Assembly: GCA_037447605.1 (NCBI GenBank)
Contig: CM074804.1
Span: forward strand, 6,053,909-6,117,908
Reading direction: 5' to 3'
DNA from: Zygnema circumcarinatum SAG 698-1b
Taxonomy: Eukaryota > Plantae > Zygnematophyceae
Length of the DNA stretch: 64,000 nt
Within the stretch, counting starts at the first letter, position 1, and every line of letters starts with the position of its first letter. Below are positions 33,754 to 45,700 of the stretch, piece by piece. The notes under the pieces are model-generated. The model saw only the letters and a program-made list of their open reading frames with translations, searched no databases and was not told the DNA's origin. A program made the translations under genes and the position numbers.

Positions 33754-34275
33754 TGTAGCGAACTGAACGCTACAGACACCATGATGCCCTGCGCGTCATG
33801 GAGACCGTTACTATCATGCCGTCGGCATTCTGGAGTTAATTGTGCGGTTCGGCCGTACAAGGCCTCCGTACAACCGTACGGCTCGGGCGTACGGACCCGT
33901 ATGCATCTGTACGAACAGTACGGATGGTACGGACTGTCGGCGACTTTTCGGCGCGACGTGTCGCGTTCGTCAAGGGCGCGAGATCCAATCTCGTGCGGCG
34001 TGGTTCGTCGTGTACGTACATTGGAATTGGCTAGCGGCAATGAAAGGTCGTTGACTTTTTCCAATGTTGGCCACATGGCATTTCGCTATTGGCTAGCCCT
34101 GCTCCCGGCCCCTCACGCTGGTAGAGGGTTCGACGGGGGGAGCGTATAAGGGGCGTGGAGCGTATGCAAGAGTATCAGAGATGCGGCACTTGCATACACT
34201 CTGGAAACCAGCATTACTCATTCATGTGACTTAGTCTCCAGCAGGTTTTGGGCTTTGTGCTCAAGGCTTGTTACA
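33754..34275 (+). mobile_element. Solo-LTR-like element (522 bp) with TG..CA ends and a 5-bp TSD
   Basis: AAGCA|TGTAGCG..CTTGTTACA|AAGCA; CCAAT motifs and a TATAAG near 34145. Confidence 0.88.
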
Positions 34276-35889
34276 AAGCAGCTGGGTGGCTTTTTAAGTA
34301 AGTCTCTTTAAACGCACCTAAAGCCGCCTCAAAGAGTTCAACTGATTTACTGGAGATAACCAGATTCCATCGCTTCATAAATTCCTCCCATTCGACATCA
34401 AGAAGCTTATCTTGCAATTAGCAAGCACGTTTTTATTAGTGTGCCAACAACAAAGGATATTGTGGCAGCCTGGAAAGACTTGTGCAATCCCGTTCATTAA
34501 AGCTAACTCTCGGTCAGTGCATAGAACCTTAGGAGTCACAACCTTAGAAAATTGTTGTAAAACCCAGGTGTATGCCTCCTCGTTTTCCTCGTGCATGAAC
34601 GCAAAGCCAGCATTAAATGTTGCATACGTGGATGTGATGCCAACCATATTCAGTAGAGGCATGCCAAACTTGTTAGTCTTGTAGGTGCAGTCAAGAAGGA
34701 AGACTGTGTTGAATGTCTGGCACATATTGACTGATGATTGGTGCATAAAGAACACACAATCAACCACGCCTCCCACCAGCCGTACCTTACTGAAATAGTT
34801 CGTGCAGGAGATTAGCTCCACTAATGCTTCAATGGGTCTGCGGTCTCTTAACTCCTCTGCTCGAGCAACCTTAAGCTCGTTGTAGATGTCCCTGGCTGTT
34901 GAGCGGCTATTTCCAAACTCTTCTCGAAGAACGCTGATAACATTCTTTGGTGCCAAGCCTTGGCCACTAAGTGCTCGCACTCTAGCCTTCTCTGGACTGC
35001 TTAAGCGTCGTGTCACTGCATGGCCTGCCAAGTTGACATCTAGCTCATGGTTGTGACTGCCACAAATTTTGCGAACTGCCCAAACACCCTTTAGTGATGA
35101 GCATATGATTTCAAACTCACAGTTAGTGAGTCTTGTATGCGTTTTCCTTTGACGAGTTCCATCTGTCAAGTTTAAACGGTTTTCATACAACCCACCTCGG
35201 TCACACTTTAGAACCACCCGTTTCTCCTTGCTCCTCTTGACAGTGAGGACCACTCCTTCCTGTTTATGGCTGTTCCTGAGATCTTCAATCAACTCCTCCC
35301 GCGTAGCGAACTCCATCATCTGGTGCGTCGCGCGAACTTCTTGAAGGGGGGGTAGAGGGGGCAGGGCGGACGCACTCTTTAGGGTTTCGACTTTTTTTTG
35401 AAAAATAAAATTTGCCCGACGGAAAAAGGCGTTGTATCGATTCTAAAAAGGTGTGAAAACGCCATTTTCCGTTATTTGTCCTTTTTTATGTCTGCCCGGC
35501 CGGGCAGGGGTGTTTGGATCCAAAAAAGGGGTGGAAATATCACTACCCTACTTTTAATCCAGTCCCTCGTGGTTCCACATTTTGCTTCTGTCCATGTACA
35601 TTTGATGGCCTCGCCATCGCGAGTTCAATGAAAGTTCCCCTTTCTCTCCTTACTTTTAGAAATAACACACGCCAACTGCGTTCTCATGTAGTTCCTCGTG
35701 GTTCCCCACGCTGAAATGGCCATGCACATTTTCGCGCGATCAGCGGCGCATCCTCCCGCTAATGATCCTGCGAACGTTCCGACCGTACGGCTCCGGGAGG
35801 CCGTACGGACGGGCGGCGCGGGCGGAGGGCGCGGGCGCCCTCGAAGGAAGATCCGCCGCCGACCGGGCCTTGACTTAATCCTGACCGAG

Positions 35890-35967
35890 CCCTAACCCTA
35901 ATTCCAACCCTAATTCCAACCCTAACCCTAACCCTAATCCTAACCCTAACCCTAACCCTAACCCTAC
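35890..35967. repeat. (CCCTAA)n telomere-type array, 13 hexamers (9 perfect), 214 bp upstream of the TRB ATG
   Basis: Directly visible; variant units ttccaa x2, tcctaa, ccctac. Confidence 0.95.
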
Positions 35968-36180
35968 CGTGGCTCTCTCTGCTCGGCATGCGTCCTCGAG
36001 AGTACGCGCCGAGAGCTCCCCGCAGCCCCTGTAGAGGAAGATCTTGGCAGGCCCTCTCTCTTGTAGAGATATCTGCATCTGCCGCTGTGCTGCACTGTGT
36101 CTGTGTGGGAAGCAGGCAGAGCGATCTTTACAACTTTCAAAGTGGCGCCGTTAAGTGATAAGCTGGGGGGAGCTCGCAGA

Positions 36181-38078
36181 ATGGGAGCTCCCAAGCAGAA
36201 ATGGACGATGGAAGAAGAGATGGCCTTAAAGGCGGGAGTGGATAAATATGGGCCCGGGAAGTGGCGGGCGATTCAGAAAGATCCCAAATTCGGGCCCTGC
36301 CTAACCCTAAGGTCCAATGTTGACCTCAAGGTGACTTGCATGCCACTGTCCCGAGATGTCGCACTTCTCAGTTGATCGGATTATGCGCGACTTTGCTAAG
36401 CGATTTGGGGAGCATCTGTGGGCAGGACAAATGGCGGAATATGAGCGTCGCTGCAGGAGCCGGAGCCATTGTTCTGAGAGAGAAACCTGGTCGGGAATCT
36501 CGCGCTGCTGCGTCTGCTGCTCGCGACTCCTTTCGAGACACAGACGATGACGGCAGTGGTTCTGGCGGCAAGAGATCGGCAGCCCAGACAGCTCTGTGAG
36601 CACCTTCCGCTTCCAGTCCTGATGTGGAGTATTTTATGGCTGCCAACGTAGTTCTGACGGTAGGTGAAATAGAGTGCTTTATGGGATCAAGTCCTGATCG
36701 ACGAGTCGTGACTGAGGCTACACGACCGAAACCGGTAATGTTAATGATGGTTGATCTGATCCCTGCAGGTATGACGATATGATTACTACAGCCCTTTTCG
36801 AGCTAAAGGATCCGGGTGGTTCAAGCAGCTTGGCTATTGCCAAACACGCCGAGGTGAGAGTTATTTTAGGAAGCTATGGCAAGCTTTTTGTAAGGTGTGG
36901 TCGGTATGGTTGTTGATCGGTTTGTTTGGCATGCCAGATCCACACGGTTGCAATAGCTGGCGCGAAATGTACTTTGATGGGATGTGATTGGGCTGGCCAA
37001 TGAAGCTTGCGTGTTGTGGAAAATTTCTTAAGAGACTGAGCTTTGTTTTAACAAGGTTTGATGTGTTTTGATTGTTTTCAACTTCTAATGGCATCCTGTG
37101 TCCTTGCAGGAGCACAATGTGGTTCCCGCCAGTTTCAAGCGCATTTTGGCCTCTCGCTTAAAGAAGTTAGTTGAGTCGGGGAAGCTCGTCAAGGTGAGCT
37201 TTCGAATTCTCACCACTCAGGACTTGGTTACTTGCACCGTGCTATCCAACAACCAGGTCGTTCAAAGTCAATGGCGGATTTACTTGGCATAAAGCTTTGC
37301 TATTGAACCTTCGGTTTCTATTTCCTTTGGATTTCTGATACTCAAATGAGTCACTTGTATGATTTCATAAGTGGAGTCCTTGAGCCGTGCAGAAAATTCG
37401 TTGTTGGTCAGACATTTTGGCAATTAGTTCAGGTGGCTGGAATGGGGATTTATCCTTCCCCCTTCCATGAAACAGGTTTGAAAAGTCAGTGCTTCGAGTA
37501 GGAAGGCTTTGGGATGTCTTGACACGATCTTCATGTTCAGCAACTTATTGGTAGGAGAAGTGTTGACGCAGTCTGCAGGCAACAGTATGCTTTGTATCCT
37601 TAATTTATGCTACGTCTATTAAAGAGTTATCTACTGGTTCATTGGTAAATGTCAGGTGAAGCAAAATTATCTGCTGGCAGAGGATGTACCAAGTTTCTCT
37701 GGTTCTCGGCCCGGCAAACGCTCCCGGACAGAGGTAGATGAGTCCAAATACGCAATGGTTCTCTACTCACCGGTCCGGGCGGCTGCCAGGCCCCTTGGCG
37801 GCTCGATCAGAGCGCACAAGGAGATGATAGTGAGTAAGAGGATGAGGATGGATACGGACTTGGCTAGGAAGAAGAGTGCGGAGGAAGCCGCAAGGCTGGC
37901 AGCCCTGGCCGTGGCGGAGGCGGAAGCCGCAGCAGCTGCAGCAGACCAGGCAGCAAGAGAAGCGGAAGCTGCAGAGGCGGAAGCGGAGGCTGCAGAGGCA
38001 GCTGCAGAAGCTGCAGCTGCTGCTGTTCGCCCCCCTAAGAAGAGAGGGTCCTCGGGAAGCACTAAAGCGAAGTCGTGA
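36181..38078 (+). CDS. TRB: Single-Myb-histone telomere repeat-binding factor (Myb-telobox, H1/H5 globular domain, coiled coil); 5 exons
   Basis: [41 protein letters not shown]; [19 protein letters not shown]; [25 protein letters not shown]; [25 protein letters not shown]. Confidence 0.95.
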
Positions 38079-38670
38079 TTCTTGGTCAAGCTGTATGGCG
38101 AAGCTATCGCTTGCGAGGTAATTGTAGTTTGGTTATAAATCGGCTTTCAATGGCCCGCCTCCTCTAGTTGTTGCTTCCAAATGAGGCTTAAATCTGTAAA
38201 TAGGGGCAAAAGTATTAGCTTTATGCAAATGTGGCGGCTTCATAAGTGACTGTTGCCTTGTGGAGAGCGACCGTACACATATCGAAGGCGCTAGGCCCAA
38301 GGCTTCACAGCTCGCTTTTGTTCCAATAACACCGAAGTATCAAAGCCGTATCATCATAGGACCACAGGTTGTCTGCCTTGTGCCAGGCGTCCGCCAAACT
38401 GGCTGCGGAATTTTTTGTTTAGCTGTGACACCTGACGGTGATCTGCCGTGTGTTGCCTTGTCCCGAAGTTCGTTGCTCTTTTTATTGAATCATACTTGTG
38501 TTCTCCAGAGACAGCCGTCAAAGAATGATGTAATGCTACTTGACACAGCCCTACCATTGGTCGTAGTTCAACGAGCGACGCAGTATCAGGACGTTAAAAA
38601 CTTGAGCATTTAGAGTTTACAGCGATACTTCCAGCCTCTGTAAAATTGATAAACCATTAATGTCAAGCAA

Positions 38671-38981
38671 TAGGGATGGTCGCAGGTGCGAAATTATTAT
38701 TTTTTTATTTACAAAAAAAAAATGATTTCCGGTATTTTAATCCAATAAAATTCGAGACAATTTCAAGACAATTTTTTGGTACGGAAGAAGGTACGGTTAA
38801 TACGGACGATGCAAGTCGCGAAAAGAGTCGCCAGACTCACCATTCGATTGACGTGACGCGACGTGACAGACATAGCGGAGTCATCCCCGAAGTGTTCTAA
38901 AAATGTATTTTTAAATCACCAAATAAAAAGCGAGTTTTAGATGTAGATTTAAAAAATGATAATAATTTTACGGCGATCCTA
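38671..38981. mobile_element. Degenerate hAT-like MITE (about 311 bp)
   Basis: Left end TAGGGATGGTCGC..AAATTATTAT; right end reverse complement TAGGATCGCC..AAATTATTAT; flanks TCAAGCAA and TCCAGCAA (7/8). Confidence 0.5.
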
Positions 38982-39768
38982 TCCAGCAACTCCCTGTAAT
39001 TCAATGCTGTCTATCATGTCTGTCATTATTCCTTTTAAAAAATCTTGGTAAAAAATCTGTAGAAAGGGCCAGAGGAGTCTCGGAGCCATAACGAAGCACA
39101 GCAATATTGAAGAAGGGCTTAAAAAAGGGGCAGACTGTTATTCAATGGGTTGGGATCGGGCTCATAGGATAAGACGCCCTCAGATGAGAGGACATGGAGC
39201 TGCTCTAATTGCCGCCCTCTCCCTGTCTTCCATGGCTTCTCAACTACTGTTGAGCTCAGGTGCTTACTTTGTGAAACATAGGCAAGAAATCGCAATCCCT
39301 GAGATTTCTTTGCCTCATTGCTGACTAAAGACCGTCCACTTGAGCAGAGCATAACCCCGCCCCTAACGGTCGTTTAAGAACTGAAATGGATAGCTGGATA
39401 CCTGAAGGCCATTCAAGACAGCGGGGAATGAAGGGGCCCGGAGTTGCAGAATTTCTTTTTCAAGGCTCGGAGGATAGGAATGTGTCACGAGCTCTTTCCC
39501 AACGGGCCATTCGACGGCCTCAGCAGTGAAAAAAGGGGCACTGCTTGTGTCTAGCAAAGGGTAAGGAGCTGTGAATTGAACGGATTCGGAAAGGGAGCGA
39601 GGGAGGGCCCATTTTGAACGAATGAGCCGGGACAAGGGAGGGGAAGGCTCTTCAACATGCGATAGGAGTGCTTAACCGTGTGCATGGAAGAAAGGCTGCC
39701 TGTGAGAGACGCTTTTCGTAGAGACACAAAAGAGAGAAGCTGGGCTTGACATGTACATGATGTCCGAG

Positions 39769-42700
39769 TCAGCTCAAATCAAAGCCTGCACCGGCAGTGA
39801 TGGCATAGAGCAGTTTCTTTCGAAGAGCCTCCGTGCTGCCACCATGCTCCCCATTCCACAGGTCCGTTAACTCATCTTTCCAAAACAAAGATTCTGACAA
39901 AGTTCCTCCAAACTTTGGCTGTTTACAGTAGCATTTAGGGACTTCAAAGCACTCAGACCTCGCTCAGCCTCTCATGAACGAAGTGGTTAACTCCTCTGGC
40001 TAGACTATCATGGATGCATCCCTACTGACGATATCAGCCCTCTCAATGACGGAAATAGACAAAGACTTAAATGATTCACAGAACGAAGGAGACAAAAACG
40101 GAGAAGTAAATGGCATCGGAGAGGATACCACCTTTTGTAGGGCGGCAATTTAAGGAGGTTCAAGCAAGTGGCTGAAGTGGGAAGCCGCTCAAGGACTTCC
40201 ATGTTCGCTCCATCCCCTGCTGCACTGAGAGCATCTCAACCAGCCAAGAGCTCCCTCATAGCTTTTAGTCATGCCCTTTACCTCCCTGCACTTTTCTTAT
40301 GCTATCCACACATCAACCACCATACTGGAAGTGCCCAAGGCTATGTCCATTTTTCCCATGCATTCTCTTGTGATCCCCCCGCCGCCCCTTACCGCTGCAC
40401 GCAGAAAGGTGGCTCGAGGTGACGAAATCCGAGCAAAGGCCCTCGTGAGCAGCCGGTCACAAACCTGCGTGTTCAGAAAGCAAACCCTAAAACACCTGTA
40501 AGCAGCTACAGGACGAGGAAAAAGGTCAAAGAAAAAGCAAAAACAGCAGCGCTCAGCTCCACTTGAGAATCGCATGGTCGGAGCCTCACTTGAGGAACTG
40601 ATGCTGTTGGTCGGAATTGAATGACAGCAGCACCGCCCAAAGGCCTCGGATCACCGGATGGTCCTGGCAACCCCAGAAATAGGTTCCATGTCACATTTGT
40701 GGACATGTTGCACGAGCTAAGGGCTCCACTCTTCCTTTCTCTCTTTCCTTACTAGAAAGTAAACAGGTGAAAATGGTCAACGGTCTTTACTTCACTATAA
40801 CCTCCAGAATATATGGCATGCTTGCGCAAGTCTTCCAGATCCAACCCTTCTTCCGAGCCTGAAATGAGCATCTGCAAGGCAAAGTCAAGATAAACGTGTG
40901 AGACTTTCCTGCACTTTGCTTAATGCATGCATCGCATTTGTATGCAATTCACTTGGGATGTCAAAACATTACGCTGAGTGATACCTCTGTGCTTATCATG
41001 ATAGTAGCTGAAGCTGACAAGTGGTTGGATGGCAAAGTCCGAGGAATTTCCAGATGGAAAAAAATATGGTTTGTATACGGACCTGCACCTCCTGCTCGTT
41101 GAACATGGCCAGGAGGTTCGCAGGCACCACATCTTGAAAGCCATTTAAAAACGCTCGGCTTTGGTGCTGAATCTGCAATGTCACATATTTGTCATACACA
41201 AAAACTGGATGAGGCCTTACGCTCGACAGCAAAAAAGATGAGGTTGTGATTTCCTGTCGAGGGACAACACCTTTGGCCACATTTCCAAGTATGTCCCTTA
41301 CAAACAAAAAACAGATATCTCTTGAATACAGAGGGAATTGACACACCAATCAGATGTAGAGTTCTCAATGAAACATCCACCTACTGCAATGAATGCGTGT
41401 GCATCTGTTCAGATGGCAATGTCGGGCTGCTGAATGGACCTATATTGCCTTTACAGAAGCATTCATAAGGCTGTGAATGCAGCACAACATGAGGTGATGG
41501 TTATTGTCGGTCACTTGCCTTTTTGTTCAAGTGATGATTGGCAACATGCCATACATAGCGAATAACATTTTGGGAAGTGACTGGAATATCTTTGCCCCCT
41601 GGAATCAGCTCCACTTGCATCATCTGCCCGAACGCCGTATCTTCCACTACAAAAAACAACTCTAGCTCCGCCACATCTCCTTCATAGTTCTGTTTCAACA
41701 AAGCACTGATCTCAATATCTTTTCCACGACTAGCAAGAGATGACCAATCTAGCAGAAGAAAAACTGAGGATTCATGACGGTTATATGAAGCGGCAGAAGG
41801 ACGAGTGATCAAGTAATCCAAGTGATCGTCAGTTTCCTGGAAATGACATTAGCGAGGGGCACGTGATGCTGAAACGAAGAAACTCAGCCTCAACAAACAT
41901 GATTCGTGCTGCATGGCCCATTCTATCTTTTCTTCTTTGAAAATGAAAAAAGGCCCCTTCAAACATTCTGTGAGGAAAGTGACCCCACTTCACCATCTCC
42001 CTTCAGAGCAAAGCCAATCGCTCACACTCCAAACATGGTTAGGGTTGAGAACTGAGACCTTCAAAAACATTAGGCTGCGATAAATTTCAGGGTCGAGAGA
42101 AGGCAAATCGTGAAGATGATTGTGCCTGCAACCAAACAAGTCCAAGTCAATTTATTCAGCGGCCTTTGAACTTGAGCACAAAAAGGATGGAAGCCTTAGG
42201 TCAATTTGTTCGGGCATCTGGCTGCAAAAAGTATCCGTTTTCATATTCAATCACGAGAAGAGGAGAAAATTCCACTTATCCGGATTAGGATCAAAAGGTA
42301 TATGTCGGCAATTACTTGTTACGAAGCTTGCTCAGAAAGAACCTTGCAAATCGAATATCCACCAAAATGCCTTCATATAATGCCTGCCATACCCCCTCCC
42401 TTCCAACTTCTTTAATGTAAGCCGTGAGTTCCGGCAGTGTCAAGGTCAGTCTCGCGTCTTCAAACTCCCTCGGCGTTGGGGTCAGGCAATCCACATGTGC
42501 GACCTGTAAGCCTGTAAAGGAGCAGCACTTACCTTTCCAAGTATTCTCCCAACAAATTCGAAGTACTGGAGATGATTGGTCATAACCATATCCGATGCTG
42601 GATTGGGGTACAGTAGATGATCATGAGTTTCCTGAGACCCAAAACCAAAGCGCAAACAAACTTTGAGCAAATGCATCATAAGCAACCCAAGTATACAAGG

Positions 42701-45700
42701 AATACAGAGAATAGCTACAATACATGCAGAGTTTCTGCAAAAGCTGTCACAGCTGAAAAAATTCACACGCTACATTTCACACAAAGGAAGGAAAACGACC
42801 AAAGTAAACGAACAGAGCATCGAAAACTGAAAAGAGCTGCAGTTTACAGAAAAGTTGCTACAAACGGAACAGAGAAAGCAACGAAGTGTTGTAATGGAAA
42901 GACCCTATTAAAAAAAAACAAGCAAGAAAAGAACCTGCATACACGATACAAAACTTCTTTCCTTTCAATGACTGCTAAGTTCACGAGTGAAAGGGTGCCA
43001 AACAGTTCCCACAGTGCTTTGCATAAACCCGCACCTTAAACAACCCATACTGGACATCGAACGCAGCGCGCGTGATGTTTTCCAAGAAGTCCTTAAACAT
43101 GCCTCCCCCGTCCACACCCGCCTCCTCTGCTCCAAGCTCATTCACATATTGCACTCGTATCTGCAGTCAACTCTCCCTCATCCCTACGTCAAGCGTGAGT
43201 GGCCAACCAAACATCACAGACACGCGCATTAAAGATAAAGAATTCACAGGATTCGAGCAACATGCAACTACCCATCTGAGACAGCAATCGATTGATCGCC
43301 AGATACATCTATGAATCCTGATGCATTGCACTTCAACTCCAACGAAGCTATTGAACTCAGATTGGCAAAATTGAACACTACCTTTCCACGTAACACTTCT
43401 AATGGCAACGAGTGCAGCTGGGCGAAGCTGTCTTCCACAATGCGGTCCCTTCTGATCGTGATGCGAATGCCACCGTATGGGAGAGACTGTCCGGACTCTG
43501 CTCGCACTGCTTCTAGCAGATTCTGCACACTCCATTGTCCTTGCATAGTAAAACCTCCCTGCCTTCACTACGTGAAAACCAAACCTTCGCAAGTGTAATC
43601 TGAAGCCTGGTGAACATGCGGCCTTAACATGTACTTAGGCTTCATGCCTCGAACTCCTTGAGGGCCTTCCAGCCTATCAACATCATAAAACCCCATGGAC
43701 AGCAACAAGTAAACGTGTGACTCACTGTAAAAATCCGAACCCGGCCAGGAAACGGCACGAGGAAGGGCGCCTCCTGAAGCAGTTGCCGCGCCTTCGTGCC
43801 TTCCTGCTCCGCCTGCGTTGCCGCACATAGAAGCAGCCTTAGGAGTGGGAGAAGAACTGAAAACTGTAAGCGTACATAAAGGTGTTGTACACTTGGTTCT
43901 TCTCAGCTTGGCTATATTTTTTTGGAGCCGATCTTGTGCTTCCGCATTGTGGTCATACCTTCTATGGCTGGTAGAAATGTCTACCACTTCTACTAGGTCA
44001 GAAGGTGACAACACATCAACAAAAACAACAGCCTCTCTAAGGAAAAAGGAAAGGCAAGCTCTTCAGCCGAGAGAGAGTCAAGATCACAGCACCTGTGAAT
44101 AGAATCCGTCATCCAGGCCATCCGGTGCATGAAAATGCTCCGGACGAATAAACTCTCGCTGGCAGTTTCGGTCATGCAGCTGGAACCCCGCAACAAACAA
44201 TCTTTTATTACGATGGCGGGTTCATAATCTTCAGAAGAATTGTGGGAGATGTTTTCGACAAGGGCGCATATTATGAATCAACAGACTGGCAGATGGAGTC
44301 AGACTTCAACAGGCTCCAAAAGAAAAATCTGTCACATAAAGGTCAGACTCTCCTCTTCCTACATCTTCCTCAAGCCGCCTCCTTCATAATTGCACAGCAA
44401 GATAGGAAAGCCATTGAGGCAATGGATAGAATCAAAAGAACAACGAAGTACATGATTTAGAGTTCCAGGCCTATGAATCAGCCTCTCCTTACGGTCCTTC
44501 CTCCCTCACCTCCCGAAACCTTAGGCGTACCTGTGCCAATAGACGAGCCGCTACAGTGCCAACGTGTTGCTTCAGTCTCTCCGGCCCGAGGCGGGAGGAA
44601 GACACCGTCCCCAGAGTCGAGCGTCCTCCAGACGCCCATAGCAGCTGCCAAATAGCCTGCATCAGTCCAATTCCCAAAGCCGCTGATACGTGCATAAAAG
44701 AGACAGACTTGCTGTGCTTCCATGCCTTTCACTCACTAGCACAAAGTGAATCAGCGATGCTGCAGAATGATGCCGGGACATGCATACCGCTCTCGGTTCA
44801 TTACATGCTACAAAGTACAGAAAGAAAGAAAATCGATATCAAACTCTGCTAATTCGTGATGGGGCTCAAGTGAAGAGATAAGGCAAAGGAGCACACGCCA
44901 TCTCTACTTCACTTCACGTGGCTATAAAAGCGAGGCTGTGTCTGCTCAAACAATGTCTATGCCCACTTATAATGACTAACACCGCCTTGCACAAACACGG
45001 AAATTACGTTGCCGAATTCATTACAGAAAGGGGCTAAACAACCTACATCTCGAAGAACTTCGACAAGGATTGGCAAGTCCGCCAAAGACAACGGCGTTTG
45101 TAGCTCATAGAACTCTTCATTATCTGTTGTAAACAGCATAGAGCTGAGGCCTCCTCCACAAACACGTGTCAAATGAATACCCTCAAATTACAAAAAGAAA
45201 CCAGTTCATGCCATCCACAGATGGTTCATGTCTCACGAACGTGCTTTTCTTCTTGCCAAAAGCTTGTGGAAAGACAAAAGGGGAACGAGTGTTGACCCAC
45301 CAGTAGACAGGGCAGAAAAGAGCGAGTGGCAGCATCCAGCCCAACCAGCTTAGTGGTATGTTTGTGCCTGCATCCCAATTGGGATACGCTGCTGCTGCTG
45401 GCAGCCACCAAACGTGCTGCAAGTGGCAGGCCCGAATGTAGGCCCATAGCCGGGGCACGAGGCGGGCTTGCCATGCAAGGCCGGTGATCATCACAGTGCG
45501 CAGCCGTGGGAGGACCACCATGGCGGTATCAAGCAGAGCGCAGGCGGCTCCGAACCCCACCGCTGCCTCTTCCAGGGACTGACAAAGCTCTACACCATTG
45601 CGGAGAGTTTTCCCATCTTTGCGTTCCGCTAGTCCAGCAGCGCCCGTTACTGGCATTGTCAAACGTACCTGCGCATGAAAAGTCAACTACTGTTTACACA

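Larger units (their letters stand above)
32739..35319 (-). pseudogene. FAR1/MULE transposase disrupted by a 1-nt frameshift near 34403 and by the 33754-34275 insertion
   Basis: FAR1-like C..HNH domain; LDCTYKTN, TDRELAL, CCWH, STSRVEG (DDE); SWIM-like CSMQFTKSWGLPCHH; CCHC knuckles. Removing the insert and one TSD restores KSHPAAWHYVNKTWMPHKERF. Confidence 0.92.
31646..35548 (-). mobile_element. Mutator-like element (MULE), 3903 bp, with TIRs of about 190 bp
   Basis: TIRs at 31646-31835 and 35360-35548 differ by 2 substitutions and 1 indel. 8-bp TSD TACTTTTA at 31638-31645 and 35549-35556. Confidence 0.96.

Noticed and set aside
2212-38078. Telomere gene cluster (dyskerin plus TRB)
   Set aside because: 34 kb apart with unrelated genes in between; consistent with chance.
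37763-38089. Antisense Ala-rich ORF
   Set aside because: Shadow of the TRB coiled-coil exon.
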